Source: a virus
Virus genome (UHGV): UHGV-0114065
Length of the DNA stretch: 10,838 nt
Reading direction: 5' to 3' (one strand)
The position numbers and the translations under genes were made by a program. Every line of letters starts with the position of its first letter. Positions within the stretch are counted from its first letter, which is position 1. Positions 8,514-10,838 of this stretch are shown here, piece by piece. Under the pieces are notes generated by a model that worked only from the letters and a program-made list of their open reading frames with translations, was not told the origin of the DNA and searched no databases.

Positions 8514-8807
8514 ATGCGAGATATTTCACCACTGCTTCATGCTGTCACCGCTTTAGCTGTTCAGGCTGCTTTTGGCCTTTCCTCACGCGATTGGATAACT
8601 GGGGGTCTGCTGGGGAGTCTTTGGTTTATCGCTCGCGAGCACACCCAGGCTGAGTATCGCTGGATTGCCCAGTTCGGCGCAGGGAAGCGCGCCAACATGC
8701 CGTGGTGGGGCGGGTTCTCCTGGCGCGCATGGAACCTTCCCAGCATGCTCGACTGGATTGTGCCGGTGGCGACCTGCGCTGCCGTTTATTTTGCCTCCAC
8801 CCTTTAA
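8514..8807 (+). CDS. Hypothetical small membrane protein (97 aa), G+C-rich cargo gene immediately downstream of the tailspike
   Basis: ATG at 8514 with AGGAG RBS 6 nt upstream. Two or three hydrophobic/Trp-rich segments by eye. Composition is visibly more G+C-rich than flanking phage genes. It sits where P22-like phages carry O-antigen conversion genes (gtr or oac). Confidence 0.6.
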   Translation: MRDISPLLHAVTALAVQAAFGLSSRDWITGGLLGSLWFIAREHTQAEYRWIAQFGAGKRANMPWWGGFSWRAWNLPSMLDWIVPVATCAAVYFASTL

Positions 8808-8863
8808 CTCCTGTCGAGCTCATTGATAGGCGCCGACACATTGATCTGCACCTCCTTTAAAAC

Positions 8864-8883
8864 TACTGTATATAAAAACAGTA
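8864..8883. promoter_or_regulatory. LexA (SOS) box TACTGTATATAAAAACAGTA
   Basis: CTGT-N8-ACAG with 18 of 20 positions matching the E. coli consensus TACTGTATATATATACAGTA. It ends 1 nt before the AAGGAG RBS (8885-8890) of the downstream gene. Confidence 0.7.
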
Positions 8884-8898
8884 AAAGGAGTGCAGGTC

Positions 8899-9138
8899 AT
8901 GCCACGCCGTTCCGACATTCACGCCGCATTTGTGGCCGCAATACAGCTAAACCCCAAGGGCTACCGGTGCTTACGCACAGAAGACTTTATCCGCGAACTG
9001 GCAAAGGTCCACTGGCATTTCAGCCGGGCCGACGCCAACGAGTGGATAGAGCGCTATCAGCCCGACTTCACCGACAAGACAACTGACGGAACCGACAATC
9101 ACTACTGGATCCTGCGCAATATGGGGAGGGTTCACTGA
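8899..9138 (+). CDS. Hypothetical small protein (79 aa), first gene of the SOS-box-controlled cassette
   Basis: ATG at 8899 with AAGGAG 8 nt upstream; the ORF track starts it at a GTG at 8890 inside the RBS. Its stop overlaps the next gene's start (TGATG at 9136-9140). No recognisable family. Confidence 0.6.
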   Translation: MPRRSDIHAAFVAAIQLNPKGYRCLRTEDFIRELAKVHWHFSRADANEWIERYQPDFTDKTTDGTDNHYWILRNMGRVH

Positions 9139-9455
9139 TGGGCTTTCCTTCACCGGCGGGCGACTACGTAGAGCAGCGGTTAACACCGGAGCGTATCTGC
9201 GGGATCGGCATGGACAGCCGCATCCTCGAAACATCATCCGGCTTTGCCGTTATCGAACCGTGCACCAGGCTGGTACAGAATCAGGTTCTGCTGATTTTAT
9301 CTGGCGGCAGAACGCAGTTTGCCAGGGTAATGGGTAGGGCATTAATCACTGATGATGGTGAAGCGATCGAAGGGGAGGAGGCGGAGGAAGTTGAGGTGCT
9401 GGGGCGCGTGACGTTCTTCATCAACAGCGCGCTACAGGATGACAGGGTGGTTTGA
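9138..9455 (+). CDS. UmuD'-like protein (degenerate S24/LexA-type peptidase fold, starts at the position of the UmuD cleavage site; catalytic Ser/Lys not evident)
   Basis: N-terminus MGFPSPAGDYVEQRL matches UmuD residues 25-38 (GFPSPAADYVEQRI), the first residues of processed UmuD'. The C-terminal pattern EVEVLGRVTFFINSA resembles the last beta-strands of UmuD/LexA. GGGGAGGG RBS 7 nt upstream. I could not find the conserved Ser-Met and Thr-Val-Lys motifs. Confidence 0.65.
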   Translation: MGFPSPAGDYVEQRLTPERICGIGMDSRILETSSGFAVIEPCTRLVQNQVLLILSGGRTQFARVMGRALITDDGEAIEGEEAEEVEVLGRVTFFINSALQDDRVV

Positions 9456-9465
9456 TTGGGTGGCA

Positions 9466-10623
9466 TTACGCCACCTTTTCATCAAGCCAGTCCGCCCACC
9501 ACTGCATCATTTCTCTGCGCTTATCGAGATACTGAGCATGGTTGTAAATCCCGCGCACAGATCCGCCGTTGGCATGTGCCAGTTGCACTTCAATAGCGTC
9601 GGCAGGCCATTCGTGCTCGTTCATAATCGTGCTGAATTCATGCCTGAATCCGTGACCGCTTTCCAGACCTTCATAGCCGATTTGTTTGATCACAAGCAAT
9701 ACCGCGTTCTCGCAGATTGGCTTTTTCTTATCATTGCGCCCGGCAAAAACAAACTCTGATACTGGTTTGGTGATTGAGCTTAGCGTAGTGAGAAGTTCAA
9801 CCACCTGGTCCGACATCGGGACCACATGAATTTTGCGTCCCTTCATCACACTGGCGTCGATGGTGATAATCCTGTTTTCAAAATCGACGTTCTTCCATTG
9901 CATGGAACGAAGCTCTTTCGTTCTTAGGGCTGTGTAGCGTAAAACTTTGGTCGCAATGAGCGATACGATACTTCCTGAAAATGTTGCCAGTGCTTTGTTG
10001 AATGCCGGGATCTGGTCTGCAGGAAGAAACGGGAAGTTCTTCTTGCGGTATCCCTTCATGGCGTCAGCAAGGTCAGGTGCCGGGTTATATTTAGCCCTAC
10101 CAGTGACAATAGCGTAACGGAAAACCTCGCCGCATCTTCTGCGGGCTTTGTTGGCTCGCTCCATTGCACCGCGATCTTCAAATCTGCGGATTACTTCCAG
10201 CAGTTGCATCGGCTCAATATCCTGAATTTCAAGGCCGCCGATGATAGGTAAAATGTCGTCATCAAACATTTTTGCAAGTTCAGTTGCATAGCCTACTGAC
10301 CAGACTTGCTTCTTGTGCTCGTACCATTCCTTGTAAATGGCGCTAAAGGAATTGTTGTTAGACGAAGCCTTTTTCGCCTTTACCGGATCGATGCCAACCG
10401 AGATGTCTTTCCTCGCAGTCCATGCTTTATCCCTTGCCTCTTGCAAAGTCATAAGCGGGTATTTTCCGACGGTCAGGATTTTCTCCTTACCGTCAATCTT
10501 GTAGCGAAGCTGCCATACCTTTTTCCCTGACACAGGGACATAAAGGTACAGGCCATTACCATCGAGAAGGCGGTATGGTTTTTCTTTCGGCTTTGCTGCT
10601 TCAATCTGCTTAACGGTGAGCAT
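9466..10623 (-). CDS. int: Tyrosine integrase, P4/IntS family (385 aa from ATG at 10623; alternative GTG start at 10659)
   Basis: N-terminus MLTVKQIEAAKPKEKPYRLLDGNGLYLYV is typical of P4-family integrases. Catalytic residues are visible (R in LRTKELR, HGFRH, Y in GIYNHAQY). It reads away from the adjacent tRNA 3' end, as expected for tRNA-targeting P4-type integrases. Confidence 0.9.
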   Translation of the reverse strand: MLTVKQIEAAKPKEKPYRLLDGNGLYLYVPVSGKKVWQLRYKIDGKEKILTVGKYPLMTLQEARDKAWTARKDISVGIDPVKAKKASSNNNSFSAIYKEWYEHKKQVWSVGYATELAKMFDDDILPIIGGLEIQDIEPMQLLEVIRRFEDRGAMERANKARRRCGEVFRYAIVTGRAKYNPAPDLADAMKGYRKKNFPFLPADQIPAFNKALATFSGSIVSLIATKVLRYTALRTKELRSMQWKNVDFENRIITIDASVMKGRKIHVVPMSDQVVELLTTLSSITKPVSEFVFAGRNDKKKPICENAVLLVIKQIGYEGLESGHGFRHEFSTIMNEHEWPADAIEVQLAHANGGSVRGIYNHAQYLDKRREMMQWWADWLDEKVA

Positions 10624-10668
10624 GGGTAAAAATCCGGTGGGTAAAATTATTTTATCCACTTTTTACCC
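10624..10668. repeat. Three copies of a 9-bp motif GGGTAAAA(A/T) in the integrase leader (10624-10632, 10639-10647, and inverted at 10660-10668)
   Basis: Read directly from the sequence. Two direct copies and one inverted copy lie within 45 bp immediately 5' of the int ATG. Candidate integrase arm-type or regulator sites. Confidence 0.4.
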
Positions 10669-10785
10669 GTCATGGAGTGCGGCTGTCAACGATCTGACGC
10701 GAACCATTACGAACTGTGAATCTACGGAAGTCTTGGTATTCAGGGGATTTTGCGGACTGGTACGGATGGGAGCGAACTGATAAAT

Positions 10786-10838
10786 GGTGTCCCCTGCAGG
10801 AATCGAACCTGCAATTAGCCCTTAGGAGGGGCTCGTTA
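10786..10838 (-). tRNA. argW: tRNA-Arg (anticodon CCU), 3' portion only; 5' part lies beyond the window end. Probable prophage attL core
   Basis: Reverse complement of 10786-10838 reads TAACGAGCCCCTCCTAAGGGCTAATTGCAGGTTCGATTCCTGCAGGGGACACCA. This gives an anticodon arm AGCCC-CUCCUAA-GGGCU (anticodon CCU), a T-arm with GGTTCGATTCC, and a 3' CCA. It matches enterobacterial argW from memory. Confidence 0.9.

Noticed and set aside
8561-9466. Overlapping ORFs in the G+C-rich cargo block (8561-8746 minus, 8626-8841 minus, 8823-9086 plus, 8971-9237 minus, 9281-9466 minus)
   Set aside because: High G+C inflates spurious open frames. All overlap the better-supported plus-strand genes that have strong RBSs, and their products are Arg/Pro-rich low-complexity sequences.
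9439-10530. Plus-strand ORFs (9439-9759, 10306-10530) inside the integrase gene
   Set aside because: Antisense to an integrase with intact catalytic motifs.
10624-10659. Integrase start at the GTG at 10659 (397 aa)
   Set aside because: The ATG at 10623 gives the N-terminus MLTVKQIEAAKPK typical of P4-family integrases. The GTG start cannot be excluded without experimental data.
1-10838. CRISPR arrays, rRNA genes or insertion-sequence elements
   Set aside because: No spaced direct-repeat arrays, rRNA-like regions, transposase-like ORFs or terminal inverted repeats were seen on either strand.

Overview
This window reads as the tailspike-proximal end of a P22-like (short-tailed, Lederbergvirus-type) prophage integrated at the 3' end of tRNA-Arg(CCU) (argW-like). 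All identifications rest on reading the sequence and on recalled family knowledge; no searches were run. Left to right: three DNA-ejection protein genes (P22 gp7/gp20/gp16-like, the first truncated by the window edge); an AT-rich block on the minus strand carrying a 3-TM membrane protein at the sieA position and a 193-aa unknown gene translationally coupled to mnt; a canonical immI immunity region (mnt, divergent Pant/Pmnt with Arc and Mnt operators, arc, antisense sar RNA, ant, terminator); a mosaic tailspike with a P22-type head-binding domain and an unrelated receptor-binding domain; a G+C-rich cargo block holding a 97-aa membrane protein and a two-gene cassette behind a near-consensus LexA (SOS) box, whose second product resembles pre-cleaved UmuD' without the Ser/Lys catalytic dyad; and a convergent P4-family tyrosine integrase next to the tRNA. 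The SOS-controlled UmuD'-like cassette is the best candidate for an undescribed system, followed by the unknown gene coupled to mnt.
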